Assembly (NCBI GenBank): GCA_023213395.1
Contig: CM041465.1
Location: 249,681,741 to 249,745,740 of the forward strand
Origin: Cycas panzhihuaensis
Taxonomy: Eukaryota > Plantae > Cycadophyta
Length of the DNA: 64,000 bases
Direction: 5' to 3'
The notes below the pieces were generated by a model. That model was not told where the DNA came from and searched no databases. It saw nothing but the letters and a program-made list of their open reading frames with translations. Positions within the stretch are counted from its first letter, which is position 1, and the number at the start of each line of letters is the position of its first letter. This document shows positions 30,801 to 46,039 of the stretch, piece after piece. The position numbers were made by a program, and so were the translations under genes.

Positions 30801-33800
30801 AGCTTCTAGATTGGCTCAAGAATTTAAACATTTAGATATTTATAAGGTAAGGGGAGCATATATTTGGGTAAGACTCCATTGGATTAAGGTCATAGATTAG
30901 TGCTTAAAATTCTTCTTTCACTCTGTTAGAGGAAAATAAAAACTAGAAAAGATTGTTGCTATGGAATTAGATCAAGAGGTGGACACAAGTAGTACTGAAA
31001 TTGAAGAGGCTTTCATAGGGTACTATCCAAAAATCTTCATCCTTACTTAAAAGGAATAAGACTAAAGCTCTTGAAAAATATAGGCTAGTCATCCTACATA
31101 ATGTTAGTCCAGCCTAACAAGATTAATATGATACTCCTTTATGTTTAGAAGAGCTTACAAATACACTTAGGGATATGACTAAGGAAAAAGGCCTAGGCTT
31201 GGATGGCTTCCCGTGTAAATATTATCTTGTCACATGGGAGTATACTAGGCCAACTCTTCTAAAGGTCTTTTAGGAGTCCTTTAAGTGTGAGACATTGGGT
31301 TCAATTATAAACCAAACTGCCATCAAACTAGTATCCAAACACATAGACCTATAACACATAGTGAATTGGTGTCTAAAAACTCTGTTAAACATATCCTATA
31401 AACTCTTATAAAAGCCTTGGCTAGAAGAAATAGGCATCTACTCTCAGAATTGGTTACCATTGAGCAAATAGGTTTTATTAAAGAGAAATTTATCTTGGAT
31501 AACATAATTGTAGTTTCCTAAGGGATGGAATGGGCTAGAGCCTACAAACATGATACTATGTTTACGAAGCTCAAATTTGAGAAAGCATATGATAGAGTAG
31601 AATGGGACTTCATTCTCATAATAGTAGAATTGTTTGGTTTTGGAGATAAGTTCATTAGATGGGTCATAGTGCTCTTTGTAGATGCCTCAACTAGAATTTT
31701 TATTAATGGAAGCCTTTCATGCCTAGTAGCACTTGCCAGATCAATTAGACAAGGTTATTATTAGCTCTCTCCTTATTTGTATTAGTTGCAAATGATCTGG
31801 AATATATCTTATAGGCTAAACCATATGACAAAAAAATATAAGGGATTGCTCTTCCAAGCCTAGATGGGGAGCAAATAATTAATAAGCACTTCACAAATAA
31901 TTCTTTTCTCATAATCAAGGCTATGAGAAATAATGTCCTCAAAGTTCTTGATGTGCTGAATATATTTTGTGACACTTGTGGATCTAAGGTACACTAGGGA
32001 AAGACCACCTATTATCTCTAAAATTTTATGATTTGTAGGAAGAGTTATTTTTAGTTGAATTGTCATGGATCCATCTTAGCAAGATCTTCAAATTCTTAGG
32101 TATCCCATTCAACTTCAAAAATTTCTTATGTAAATTTTTACTAACTACTTGGAATTCCAAGTTTCTCAATTTGGCTAGAAGACATCAAATTTATTCTAAA
32201 GTCCTAGTTTCTACTCATGTACTATTTTTCTAATTAGATGCCATTGAATATAACTTATGACAAGTTAGTCAATTTTATTTTCTTTATTTTCTTTTTTTGA
32301 TTTGAGGTTGGGGTGGGGGTTGCCGGCTAATAGAGAAAATAATAAGGGATTCAACCATATAAAATGGGATATATATTGTCTTCCTAAGGAATTAGGGGTT
32401 CTAGGATTCATCAGTGTCAAGTTGTAGGGGTAGGATTTGTGTGTGAAATGGCTAGTTAGAGTTGTGAATAAGGAAGAAAATTAGATAGTGTTTATCAGGA
32501 ATAACATTTCACATGCCTTGCCATGTGGCTATCCCAATGTCCACTTGGACACCTAATAAGTTCTCTTGGCCCTAATTGCTTTACAAGTAACAAGTATGAT
32601 GTTGTTTTAGTCAATTTAGGAAGCATGAAAAAAGTGTAAGAATTACCTAACATGGCATGGTGATGAGCCTTATAAGGGATTGCCCTTTCAACATCACTTG
32701 ATATGGTGGTCACCTTTAATACAACACGATGGAAAATGTCTTAATGAATCCATATGGTTTAAGGAAAGGTAATTCATTTAAAAAGTAATAATTAAAATTG
32801 AGTAATTATATGATAAGACTTGAGGATGGTAGAAAAGTTGGATAGAGATTAGGAATGCTTTGAACGTTAAAAGCTCTAACAAGTTTATAATTGAAGAGAT
32901 TTAGAATAGTTGTCTTGTGACATACATGCCTAACCTTGCTATGATTAGGGGGAAATAATTGGTGGCATGACTAGGCATGGGGCAATGTAAAACCCTTTAA
33001 AACCTCTATGGCCTCTCACATGTACAAACTTCTACAACTAGATTTGAAGGTTGTACGATGTCTAAATTATACCTAGGATATCAAATACCTCAAGGTCATG
33101 AGACAATGAAGATTCCAACATCTATGGCATATCCCCATGGACCTTAAACATATATTTATTAGGTGGTCCATTATGCATAATGGCCTAATTGTCAAATCTA
33201 GGTTTTCTAATTTGGGCCATAAGGACATATCCTATGGTTTTTACAAACACCTAGAATTTGTTAAACACCTCTTTTTGTGGTGTCTGATTACTAGATCAAT
33301 TTGGAACCTAGTCTAATATTTTGTATAGCTTGTAGTGTAAGGCAACTTTGGCTAGAATGCAATGCTCCTAGTGATACAAGACCTTTCTTAAGAACCTTCC
33401 ACATAGTATTAGGGATCTTAAGGTTAGTGACCTTAGTGACTATTTGGAAGCTTATGAATGATGTACTTTTCTTTAATAAGTTTCCTCCATATTATGTGCC
33501 ATTTGAAATGTTATGATTATTCTCTTTGATTGTGCTTTTTAGATCAATGCCAAGGATTAAAAGCTTCAAGTAGATCTCTTCTATCTTTTAGGATAGACCA
33601 CTAAGGCTCAACATCCTACATGATGTCTCATATCCCACCTAAGGAAGACTCTTAATTTAACCAGCCTAGTAAGTCCTAGGGTCAAAGCCACCCTTACCCT
33701 TAGTTCCACTCTCTAGTGCATCATTTAGTTGTTAAGATTCAAGACCACCTTATGATTAATTTAAAGTATTTTAAATAACATACCACATAAATTATAGTCA

Positions 33801-34080
33801 TGATCAATATTAAGCCTATTTACAAAGGCTAGACAGTGACGGAAGACCCTCCCTAAAAAGGGGGGAGATGGTTGGGGCTTTATTACTCCCTTGAAAAATG
33901 ACTAGGTCTAAGGATGGCGTAGGAAACTCATACAAGCTATACATATATAACTCCATTATGGGGGTGTTTTTTACTTTTATATGTATCACCCAAAGGGGTG
34001 GAGGGGACAATGATCTCTCTCTCTCTCTTTTTTTTGTTAATTATATCTAATAATTTCAATTAATAGAAAGCATTCTTTAG
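27842..34080 (+). mobile_element. Near full-length degenerate L1 LINE G (ORF1 DUF4283/zinc knuckle; ORF2 EN-RT-zf-RVT)
   Basis: ORF1 from ~27996 with GPW motif; EN (GDFNMIE, TWSNL..LKRL); RT (GLDGFP, YKTLIKALARR, QIGFIK..ILDN, KFEKAYDRVEW, SIRQG); long 3' UTR shared with J. Confidence 0.88.
28637..29219 (-). mobile_element. Solo LTR (Copia-type) inserted in the LINE G ORF1 zinc knuckle
   Basis: TSD AGTTA/TGTTA (28632-28636 / 29220-29224); ATTACATGGTAAAACCC..GGGAAA LTR motif also seen in C and D LTRs; removal rejoins a C..C..HL..C-like knuckle. Confidence 0.7.
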
Positions 34081-34087
34081 AAATATG

Positions 34088-34095
34088 CACGCGCG

Positions 34096-34154
<59 letters not shown>

Positions 34155-34163
34155 ATATATATA
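34088..34163. repeat. (GC)n/(GT)n/(TA)n microsatellite at LINE G 3' end
   Basis: Directly visible. Confidence 0.97.
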
Positions 34164-37100
34164 TTTTATTTAATTTAGATAACATATGATCTATAGAGGA
34201 AAACCGTTTCTAAGAGGAGATCTTAGTAAGAAGAAGGATAAGAGAGAATCATAGATTTTATTTTCATACTTTGGTAACTTCTTTATCTAATTGAGACTTC
34301 TTAGGATAGTTATAATGGATTATTTACATTGAGAAATGGAAGCATAGTAGCCCTACCCTAGGGGCTATACAATTGTAAATTCCTTTTCCCTTGAACAAGG
34401 TAAATATAAATAAAACTTTCAACTACCATTATAATCCATTCACTACTTATTAACCATAACTAGGAGGCAAACAACTGTTATGTGAGAAAAATATTAAAAC
34501 TTATGAAATGACTTATGTAATGAAGAGGGAGAAATATGAAATATTTATTAATATGTAACTTGTAACGAATAATAAATGTAATATAAATCATTCATAAAGT
34601 TTTTATAATAAACATCAAACATAATAAATAAAGTATATACACATCAATAGAGCACAACAATTACATATAAAACATATAATTATGAGGCACCGTATTTATA
34701 TATGAAAAACTCTAGATGGAAAAAACCATAGGAGAAGAGTGGAGACTTGCTCTCTCAATTAGCTCATATCAAATATTAAAATGATGTACGTATATATTTA
34801 TAAATCTATTAGCTCATATATTAACCAATAGTTTTATGTTGATACATTAGTTAATCAACTCATATATAAGAACCTTTCACATAAATCAATGATGACTCTT
34901 CTACTAATTAAATATTACATCAATATCTATGAAATATAATATTCTAACCCTCCCTTTTAATGTTTAATTTATGAAAAAATTTAAGTATCTTTATCTTTTT
35001 CACACTGGATCTTTGTGTCAGATCACCTACTCATCATGTGTCTTTATATCACTTGTAAATATTAACCAACAAACTTGTGTTTACCATGTCTGTCTCCTAC
35101 AAGCAAATATCATCAACATCTCACATCATCATATCATATCACCATCTGTAAACCATCAAAAAACATGACTCACAACTCGCCATGGTGTGTGAAGTTTCTT
35201 CCCAACAACTTCATATCATCCACATGTAAGATATAAAACAAACTCATTAATCTTATCAACGAATAAAATTCATTAATGTTTATATAAAACAATGACTATA
35301 TACTAAAATGTATAGGTAATCAATTATTGCAATTTATAATTAATTAGGAAGTATTTCTCATATGTAGTTCATCAACTTCATAACAAAAAATAATACATTA
35401 TGGTTAAACAAATATATTATAACAAGAGTAGCTTGTGAATCTTCATTTATCTCTTGTCTTACAAGATATGAAAAAACTCATGTGATGACTCCATCAATGA
35501 TTCTACACAAGGTAACACTTACAACTTTCTTTGACAACTAGTCACTCTCAATCAATGATCAAACCAACTAAGTTTAAGAATATGGTGTACCACCTAGCCT
35601 ATCAAGTTTATTGTAATAAAGTAACATGTAATATATTCCATGCCTCATCATATATGGTTATCAAATTTCTAATCAAAAATGCATATTAGTTAAACTCTTC
35701 AATAATTGAACTTGGTTTTATAGATAACTCAACTATTATTGTTAATTAATCAATCAAACAAACTTATAAGACTTTTCCATGTCTCATATCAAGTGGAAAA
35801 CTTATCATTCAATATCCAAAATCAACTAACAATAAATTTCAATCAATCATCAAGTGGTGTTAAATATATCCGTCATTAGTCTATTATTCATTTATTCATG
35901 CACTTAAAGAATTAAGTGATTAATGTATCTTTTATTAAGCAAATCATGTATTCAAATAAGGTGATTTCATCATCAACTTTTATTAAATTCATTTGATTTG
36001 TGTTGGATAGTTTATTATATTTAATGTTTTATTATTTAGGGGGGTCATTATCATGTCTAACATATATAATATATTTTATGTATCTCACATCTATCATCCA
36101 ATTAAAGGTTATCATGAGCAAAAAATAGATGAGATGAGATAAGGGAAAGAAGAGTCAAATAGATGTGACATATGGGAGGTGTTGATGAACACTTGGGCCT
36201 TCAGATCCCACAGATAAATAGGCAAGACTTTAGGCACACATCTCAAAGTATACTACCTACCATGGACAAATGTCAAAAAAGATATTGCCACTATTTGATA
36301 TATTAAGATTTAGGAAATAGCCCTAATGTAGGCATTATCCTAATATTTCTCCTCCATAGTGCCAATTTTGGGAGACTCTAAGCTTATATCTAAATTTGTT
36401 GAATTTTATTTTGCTGAGTACCTTTGTATATATGTTTACCACTTGATCTTTTATATTATAATATATCAACTCTAACTCACCTTTTTGGACTAACTCTCTA
36501 ATGAAGTGATATTGTGTTTCAATGTGTTTTATCATGCCATGATAAATTAGATTCTTAGTCATTTGAATAGTATTTTAATTATCACAAAATAGTTGTGTAG
36601 GACTAATATGTTCCTCCTATAAATCCTAAAGTAATCTTCTTAGCCAAACTATCTTACAAGCTCTTATTACAATTGCCTTATACTTTGTTTCCATAGTAGG
36701 AGGAGATATTATTACCTATTTTTTTGAACTCCATACTATTGTTGTTGAACCCAAATTGAATGCATAACCTAATATAGACGTTCTATTAATTACACAACTT
36801 ACTTAATTTGAATTTATATAACCAATCAACCTACAATCCCCTGATGACTTGTAATGTAATCCATACCCAATAGTTTCTCTAAGATACCTAGGGATCCTTT
36901 TGGCTACTAGCTAATGTTTAACTTTAGGTTCATGCATAAACTTAGAAAATATACCGATTACATACATAGTGTTTAGTTTAGTTAAAATCAAGTAAATAGG
37001 ACTCTCAATCAACTACCTATGAAGAATAGGGTCAACTAATTCAAACTCCTCTAACTTAAGAAAATTTTAACTTAACTTTTGTTAATGTTATAAGTGGCTT

Positions 37101-39737
37101 GTAACTATCCATGTTAAATTTATGTAACATATCAAATATGTATTTCCTTTATGATACAAATATATTTTTTTTATCGTTGCATACTTCAATGCCTAAGAAA
37201 TAATGCATAAGCCCTAAATCTATCATTTTAGACTCCTTTTACATATATTCTTTAAATTTTGGGACAAGTAATTACAATTCCTAGTATATACTAGGTTATC
37301 TATATATAAGACCACAGTCAATATTAAGTTTCCTTCTAACTTTATGTATAAGTTGGGGTCTAATTAGCTCCTTAGGAATCCTTTATCTTTGATGTATTTA
37401 TCAATCCTAGAATACCATGCTTTAGGTGCTTGTTTAAGTCCATATAAGGCCTTTTTGAGTTTATAGATCTTGTCTTCCTTACCCTTCATATTAAAACACT
37501 TAGGTATTGGATATATATTTCCTCATCAGTATATCCATTCAAGAAGACACTCTTTATATCCATCTGATGGACTGTCCAAACTTTGTTGTGTAGTTAAGGC
37601 CATGATTAATTTAATTATTTCTAATCTTACAATTGGTGTAAATATTCCATTATAGTCCATGCCTTCAACTTGAGTATAGTGGTTTACAATTAGTCATGCA
37701 TTGTACTTGTCAATTAATTATCTAACTTAAACTTGGTCTTGTAGATCAATTTTGTCCAAATGGCATTTTTTCTTAGTGGAAAATTAAATAACTCCCAAGT
37801 GTCAATCTTCACCAAGGTACTATACTCCTATTTTATTGTTGCTTTTCATTCATCTTGAATATTGGCCTCTTTAAAGTTTTGAGGCTTATTTGTCTCCATA
37901 ACTTGAGTCATTAGTCTAAAGTTTACCCTTTGAGATTTAGCTGTTCTTTTTTCAAAGTTAGTGTCTAAAATATCTTAAGGGTTATGACGCATTTGTATCC
38001 ATTTAAAAAACTTTTGATTTGAAGTGGATGTACCTTCTCCACTTGTATTAGGTTTATTTGTACCATTTGAGTTAGGTTTTATATCAACCATAATACTTTT
38101 TCCCTTATCTTTTTTAATAACTTTCTCTTGATAGAATCCATTCTTATTGAAGATGACATCCCTACTCATGATGATCTTTTTACCCTTAGGATCATATAAT
38201 TTATAGGATCTTTATGTATCACTATATCCTATAAATATATACAGTACTTTTATCATTTAACTTGGTTCTTCTCTGTTATAGAATATGTATATATGTTATG
38301 CACTAAAAAACTCTTAAGTGTTTGATACTTGGATTATGACCTATCTAAGCCTCTTCAGGTGTGACCCATCTAACTACTTTTATTATACACTTATTCAATA
38401 AGTAAACAATTATATGAATAGCTTCTACCTAAAACTCATTGCCAAGATACTTATCCTTAAGCATGCTCCTAACCATCTCAGTAATTATCTTATTTTTCTT
38501 TTCGACTACCCCATTTTGTTGAGGGATGCAAGGATTGGTGAGTTGTTTCCTTATCCCATAGTACTTGTAATAGATTTTGAATTCATTTAATATAAATTCT
38601 CCCCCATTATATGATTTAAGGGTTAATAATTTATGGCCACTTTGCCTTTCAATCATCACTTTGAAATCAACAAAGCATTGAAATATATATGATTTGAACT
38701 TGAGTAAATAAATGCAAATCATTCTTATAAATTCATTAATAAATATTATAAAGTATTTAGGTCCTCCAACAGATGGCATATCTATTGGTCTACATGAATA
38801 TATGCATACTAGTTGAAGTGACTTATTTGTTGGGATAACACCCAATGTGCGTTTGTAGCTGTGCACGTAGCACCCCTCAAAGCCACCTTTGGGGCTCTCT
38901 AGGGCACCTTGAGTCATAAATCAACCACCAATAGCCACCATATGTTGACAGAATTATAATAAGATATGCCATGTTTATTAATTTTATTATTTTTAATATT
39001 AACTTGAAACTGTGTGCAGGTCAGGTTGAGACACTTGTCGCCTCCCCAAAATTATCTATATAAGGGGTGAGAATACCTCCATGGTGTTTTTTAATACTGC
39101 CCACTCTATATTGTATTTTTGTTTATTATTCTCTTTTATATTAAAGTTTATACTAAAGTTATCATTTGAATATGTAATATTTTATTGTGAGCAACCTCCA
39201 TTTGATGTACATACACTCTGTTGGAACATTTAACTCTCGTTTTTGTTTAGCAAAGCTAGTTGCGTGTAGGATATTGAAGATTTGGGAAAAAAAAGGCTAT
39301 TTTTTCAAAGCTTTTTTATTGCTTTTCAAAAGTTCTCAATTCATTTTTTGGAACAAACAGGTAACCTAGACTTCAAAGTTGTCTAACTCCTAAACTAGTG
39401 ATCAGAACCTTATCAAGTGACTACTCATTTTAATCGTAGTCAAGTTATCTTCACAACGAAAGAATCAATTTGTCATTTCATGCACCAGAAGTGGAGATAT
39501 CCTCCTTAGATTGACAAGCACCCTCTTTGGTCTCTAAAACCCCACCGTCTCTTTTATTTTTCTTTATTTTGACTCATTTCTCATTGTTTTTCTTCAATTT
39601 TTTTTGGAAAATCTTGGGCACCCAGGCCCTGCACCCATTTGAGAAAGCTACTGCATCTCATTTCATGAGATTTCATAGCTTATTGATCTTTGTGCCTTCG
39701 TTCTTTTCATCCACCATCCTTTTACATTTTTTTTTCC

Positions 39738-39839
<102 letters not shown>

Positions 39840-40479
39840 TAGATCCAATGGCACCCCTTCGTGGATCCCTCTAGTGTCTGATCTGTGTTTAGATCAATTT
39901 TCTAATCGATATCTTCGATCAATCTCTCTGTCTTCTCTAGGTGGCTGTGCAACATATATTCCATTTTTTATATATAAAAGCTATAATTTTTTGATTCGAT
40001 CCACCTTTGTGGATCCTTTGCACCCACCTGCAATCATCCATCGATCAATTATAACGTGACTTCATTGATTATGATCATAAAAAATTGCCTATGTTATGGA
40101 TATTTCATGGTGGTGTGTTTTTATTAATAAAATCTTTTATTTTTCTAAAGTTTGTTTAAATTAAACTATATTGAATAATACTTTGACATCCAAATAATAG
40201 TTTAGACATTAGCCCCTTTTAGAGATTGGCCCCTAGTTCCATTTAACTTCCATGTGACCAGAAGACTACATATTAAGTGGGCTAGTTACTTTTTTTTTTT
40301 TTTTTGACATGGTAAAAAATTTAAAGGGTTTTTAATAGGACCCTAAACCTTTTACAATAGCTACTTTGCAACATGAATCATAAATGGCCATGACATATCG
40401 ATGGCCCAACCAAACTGAACCCACTCTACAAATACACACTTAACATCCATTAACTCTTCCAATTTTAAGTTAACACATC

Positions 40480-43400
40480 CAATCTAACCAGACTCAAGAG
40501 CTCCTCTAAGAAGTTCTCTCTCCAAACCCAGTTTCCTTTATTTAAAACTGCCCAATTGGCAAGCTAGTCCACTGTAGTATTTCCTTCCTTATATATATGC
40601 CAGATCTGAGTACTCTGTTTGGATCCCAGGACATCCTGAGTGTCCCTCACCATATCTGCATTATGTCAATCGGTCTCTGTCTCCCCCCTAAGGATCCTGA
40701 TCATGTTCAAGGAGTCTCCTTCTATTATCACCTTATCGTGGTCATCCTCATCCATCATTGCTACCGCCTTCTGCATAGCCTTAAGTTCTGCTATATGGTT
40801 TGTCTGATGGTCATAGTATTTCGCAAAGGCCCAACTTACTGTCCCATCATGGTATCTACATAAGCCCCCTCCTCCTGCCTCACATGTGTTTCCTTTAGAC
40901 GCCCTATCAAAATTAATTTTCACCCAATACTTGTTGGGCAGGATCCAGTGACACTCCCTCCTCTTCACTCCCATACCTGTTGGGCATCTGATCCCCCAAC
41001 CCTCCATGATATTTCCTTCCCCCCTTAGGATCCTATCCTCATCCAAAGGTTTAATCATTTCTAGGGTCGCCCCGCAGATCATAACATAGAGAATTGCTCA
41101 TCTAATTCTTTCCCTTAAAAGATCCTCTTGTTTCACTCCTTCCAGATATTCCAGACCCCAACCAACATAATTAAATTCCATAGCATTCCCAACGTCTTAC
41201 TCCTGAAGGGGGATTTCCACTCCATCCACTACTCTAGCAAGGTCCTCGGGGCCACCCAATCTAGCCCAGATTGGTCCAAAAGCATGCCCAAATTCCCCTG
41301 GAGAATGGGGAATGAATGCTAATGTGGTCTAAAGACTCCTCGTCCTTCCTGCATAACACACATCTATTCAGCCCTAAGAAGCCACATTTATGGAGATTAT
41401 TAATTGTCAAAATCTTATTCTATAGACATAGCCACCAAAATGCTACCACCTTTTGGAGAAGCCCCAACTTCCAAACCCCAGCCAATAGAGCATTCTTAAC
41501 CAAACCCTCCTCCATACAAGAAGATTTGTATCCCTCCTTCACATAATACATCCTGGAGGGGGACAACGACCAAATCAAAGTGTTTGCCATATGCCTTTTA
41601 GGGATATACCGTTGTTTCAATTCATCCTTGAGGAACTGAATCTCCCCATCCTAACCTGGTAACTCGTTAAAGGATCTCCACTTCCTATATTTTCCTTGAC
41701 CCACCCAATGGTCCTTAACTAGCAGGCCAAAACTTTCCTCGTAGACACCCTGCAAGTTCCCAATGGTGGGAATATCTTTTAATTTAAAGTTTCCACACTA
41801 ATTATCCTCCCAAAATTTGATGCTTTTCCCATTCCCCAGCTTCCATCTTAATCCAAGAATTAGGATGGTCCTTGAGTGAAGGAGACCTTTCCAAATGGGG
41901 GATATAAAGACACCGCCCACCTCATCTTTCAGAAAATGCCTGCCCCCCAAGTACTTTTTGGCTAAGATATTTCCCCATTGGAATCCTTCCTCCTTCACCA
42001 GTCTCTAGCCCAATTTTGCCATCAATGCTCTATTAAAGGGCCCCGATCTTCTTATATTAAGCCCCCCCACCCATGTGGGCCTACATACCTTCTCCTAGGA
42101 GACTATATGGATTCTATTCTTGTCCTCAATTCTTGACTAGAGGAACCTCTTCTGAATGCCTTCTAAGATTGAAATAACCTTACTTGGCATCCTGAAGATA
42201 GACATTATATAAACTAAAATACTCTATAAAGAGGTCGTCACCAGCTAAAATTTACTCGCCAGACTGAGGAGAGATCCTTTCCAACTAGCCAACTTTCTTT
42301 GGGTCCTATATACAATAGGATTCCAGAGATCCTTACTCATATTTCCTACAAATGGGGGCATCTTTAGGTAAGTGGTCAGAAGAGATCTGATAGGAATCTC
42401 TATTTTCCTACCAATCCTCCTCTGTAGTCTCTCAGGTGTATTAATAAAGAAGATAAAGCTCTTCTCGAAATTGATCCTTTGATTTATGGCCCTCTCGTAC
42501 ACTTGGAGCCCCATCTTCAAAGCTTTAGCTTCCCCTAGGGATGCCTTACCCAAAAAAATGTTGTCATTAACAAATTGGTGATGAACAATGTTTTCCAAGT
42601 TGGAAGAAGGCCTTAGCCCAGCCACCTAGCCTATACTTCTTACCTCCTCAATAGCCCTCCCTAATATTTCTACCAAAATAATAAATAGGTAGGTGGATAA
42701 AGGATCCCCCTGCCTAAGTCCTTTGAAGCTAGGGAAAAAGGGAGTTGACGTTTCATTAATCAACACAAAAAATAAGGGGTTGGAGATGCAACACCTCATC
42801 CAATCCCTCTAAACCTCCCTAAAACCAAAAGCCTGGAGATATGCAAGTAAGCAATTCGAGGCCACTCGGTCATAGGATTTGGACATGTTAGTTTTACAAT
42901 CATGCCCGCTTCTTTCCTGTCGTAAACCAAGTGAACCGTCTTGTGAACCACAATAATGCTATCTACAATTTATCTGCCCTTCATAAATCCATCCTGATTT
43001 GGGGAAATGATAATCGACGAACATTCCTTAAGTCTATTTGCCAATATTTTCGCCAAGATTTTGTATTTTACATTGCATAGACTTATCAGTCTAAAGTCCT
43101 CCATGACTTTCGCCCCTTCCTTCTTAGGAACCAGCACCAAAAAGGTAACCTACCACTCCTTGAGAATTGTTTTCTTCTCGAAGAATTCATTCAATGCCAA
43201 CATTAAATCCTCCTTAAGTATCTCCCAGAATTCTTGGAAAAAGCTTGGGGGGAACCCATCTAGCCTAGGAGCTTTATCCCTACCCATGCTAAATATTGCT
43301 TTCTCTATTTCCTCTAGAGTGAAGGGTTCTATCAGCCTTCTGTTTTGATCTTCATTGATTAGCCTTGGGATAAATCTTAGGAGGTCCTCTCTTAGGTCTG

Positions 43401-44649
43401 GGTCTTGGCATCTAGGTTCTTAGAATAACTCCTTGAAATAGTCCATCGCTATGCCTTTAATTTGTTCTACCATCTCATAAGTAGTACCCTCCCTACTACA
43501 TAGTATGTTTATTATGTTGTAGGACCTATGCTTCATCGTAGACATATGAAAATATTTTGTATTTCTATCGCCCTTCGAAAGCCAGAGCGCTCTAGATTTA
43601 TGCTTCTAATGAACTTCCTCCTTAGCCAACACATCTTCTAAGTTTTTTGAGGTCGAGCATTCCAACTGATCCAAAGAGGAGGACCTACCTTCCTCCTAGA
43701 TCCTCCCCTCAATCATATTCAGCTCCTCCACCAGTCTACCCTTGGTCTCAAAAATATTACTGAAGACTTCTTAGTTCCAGACTTTGATCTATCTCTTAAC
43801 CCAATTTAACTTCTTAGAAAATTTAAATATGGAATGCCCTGCCACTGGGGTACTCCACCATTCGTTAATCTAATCCCTAAGCTCGAGGTGTTTCAACCAT
43901 ATAAGTTCAAACTGAAAGGGAGCCCCTTGGTGAATGCCAAGATTATTAAACTCCAGCATTAGGGGGGAATGATCATAGGCCATCTTCGGGAGTGCCTCTA
44001 ACTTGATATCCACATGGAGACTTATCCATTCGTAATTGATCATCATTCTATATAATTTTATCTAGATGTGATTGTTCCCTAGTCTCCTGTTCGACCAAGT
44101 ATACATGGCCCTTCTAAGAGGGATATCCATTAGGCCCCCACTCTGTAAGAAGTCCCCCAGGTCAGACATACTCACGGACTAGCCCTCTTGACCTCCTTTT
44201 TTCTTCCCAGGATAAAGAGTCGAGATTAAATCCCCCGCCACTATCTAGGTGCCTTTCCAATCTTTGTGGGCATCCATAATCCTATCCCACATGACCTTTC
44301 TTCCCTCCACTGACGTGGGAGCATAAATATTGGTGACTCACCACTAGATGTTTGTCCTTCTGCAGGACATGCAGATGGTCATGAAGTGATCTTACTAGAT
44401 CACCCTAGACCCTTGCCATGGACTTGGATCCCAAAAAATAGCCATCCCTCTTGATCCCGAAGATCCTTCTTTGGCTAATATTTCACCACTTCTCCAAATC
44501 TTATTTTTCATCTTTGACTCCTTTGCCTTCTCAAGTTTCGTTTCCTACAATAATACAATATTCGCTCCTATTCTAAATCTCAAATCCTTGACAATTCTCT
44601 GCTTAAAGGGGGCATTTAGGCCCCTAACATTCCAGGATAAGATCCTCAT
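40480..44649 (-). pseudogene. LINE H ORF2 (APE endonuclease, RT, zf-RVT, RNase H)
   Basis: Starts MRILSWNVRGLN; GDFN, DKAPRLDGFP, LRQGDPLSTYLF, HHQFVNDNI, KINFDRASKGN..GGGLCR..AELKA..IEGDS; stops mostly TGG/CAG to TAG. Confidence 0.93.
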
Positions 44650-44674
44650 GGACAACCCTCCTTGTGGCCCCACA

Positions 44675-46039
44675 TGATCATCTTCTACTCTTAAGGAATG
44701 GGCCTTTGAGCGCCCTTTCCTTTATAGTGCTCTAGTACCCTAGGTCAATTTGAGGTGCAATTTCCCTGTCTCAAATCTCTTAATTTGATGGTCTACCAAC
44801 CCTTTTATTACTACTGAGGTCAGGGGCTCTTTTTAAACTAGACGTTTCCTCCTAAGCACCTTTACTGTTTATTATCCACCTACGAGCCCCACTAGTTGCC
44901 TTCCCTGATTCTGAAATCCCCTTATCTCTACAATCCATCCCAAGATGGCCTACACCCTCCCTAGTTGAGAGTCCTAACTACAAGTCCCCCTAACCAGAGG
45001 CTTACTCCTTCCCTTCCTCCTCCTCCTCTAAGAGATAATCCTCCTCATCCTAATTGATCTCCTTCGTCTACTTGACCTGAGAGGGCTCAACTATCCTAAG
45101 TGTGGGTTTCTCACTCTTCTCTCTACCTTGGAAAAGCCCCTTCTACCATACCTCTTGATCCCTGGGTCATAGAGTGGGGCCCTCATCAAGACCATCCTTC
45201 ACTTCCTCCCCATGAGGGGGATCTATGCTAGTGCCTGGGGCAACGTCTATTTCATCTGCCCTAGTATCCTGAGAGGCTTCATTCGTTCTAGATTTGACCT
45301 TATTTCTTTCTCCTGGGCACTTTAGTAGTAAGTGCCCAAAGCACCTACATTTTAGACATCTAAAGCCATCCATCTCATAAACCAACTTTTGGTCAATGTC
45401 CCATCCCCCTGATTCAATGCCAACCTCTTCTGGGAGGTCTCTATCAAGTCTTGCTAGAACACAGAACTTGGTATTTATCAGACAAGATCTATTTTTTACA
45501 GTGGAATCTGTCACTAATAGAGGTTCAACCCCCCTGGCCACCCCTTTAACAACTTCCAGGTTCCAAAACTATAGGGGGAGCATTGGCATCTGGACCCAGA
45601 TCAGGGTTTGTTTTACCGTTGGAACTGCTGGATCGAAATCCAGATGCGACTTCTCCAAGGTAATGGCCTTCCTTCTAAACATCCAAGGGGATTTTAGAAG
45701 AATAAAAACCATGTCCTCTTAATTTGTAAATCTAAAGATGACACATCCCTTAAGCATAGCCATCACCTCCATCAGATGCTTCATTTTCCATTTATTCTTG
45801 GTCTAGTTCCTAATGATATCAAGACCCAATCTGAGCCCCGAAAACCTCCTAACGAAGCTATTCTCCCAATATTGCACCATTTTTTTAGTTAGCTCTTTTG
45901 GTATAGAAATTGTTATATGATTATCTTTGAGGATAAGGTTTATCACATATTCCTCTGACCCACCGTTTCTCAATGCATCAAGGTATGTACTTTCTAGAGG
46001 AGAGGATTGAGTCTAGTTTGACTAATCTTATAGCTCCAT
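44675..46039 (-). pseudogene. LINE H ORF1 (DUF4283 + CCHC zinc knuckle)
   Basis: SPWMFRRK..IWVQMP.LP..FW..; CLKCRCFGHLLLKC in ORF 45167-45541. Confidence 0.85.
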
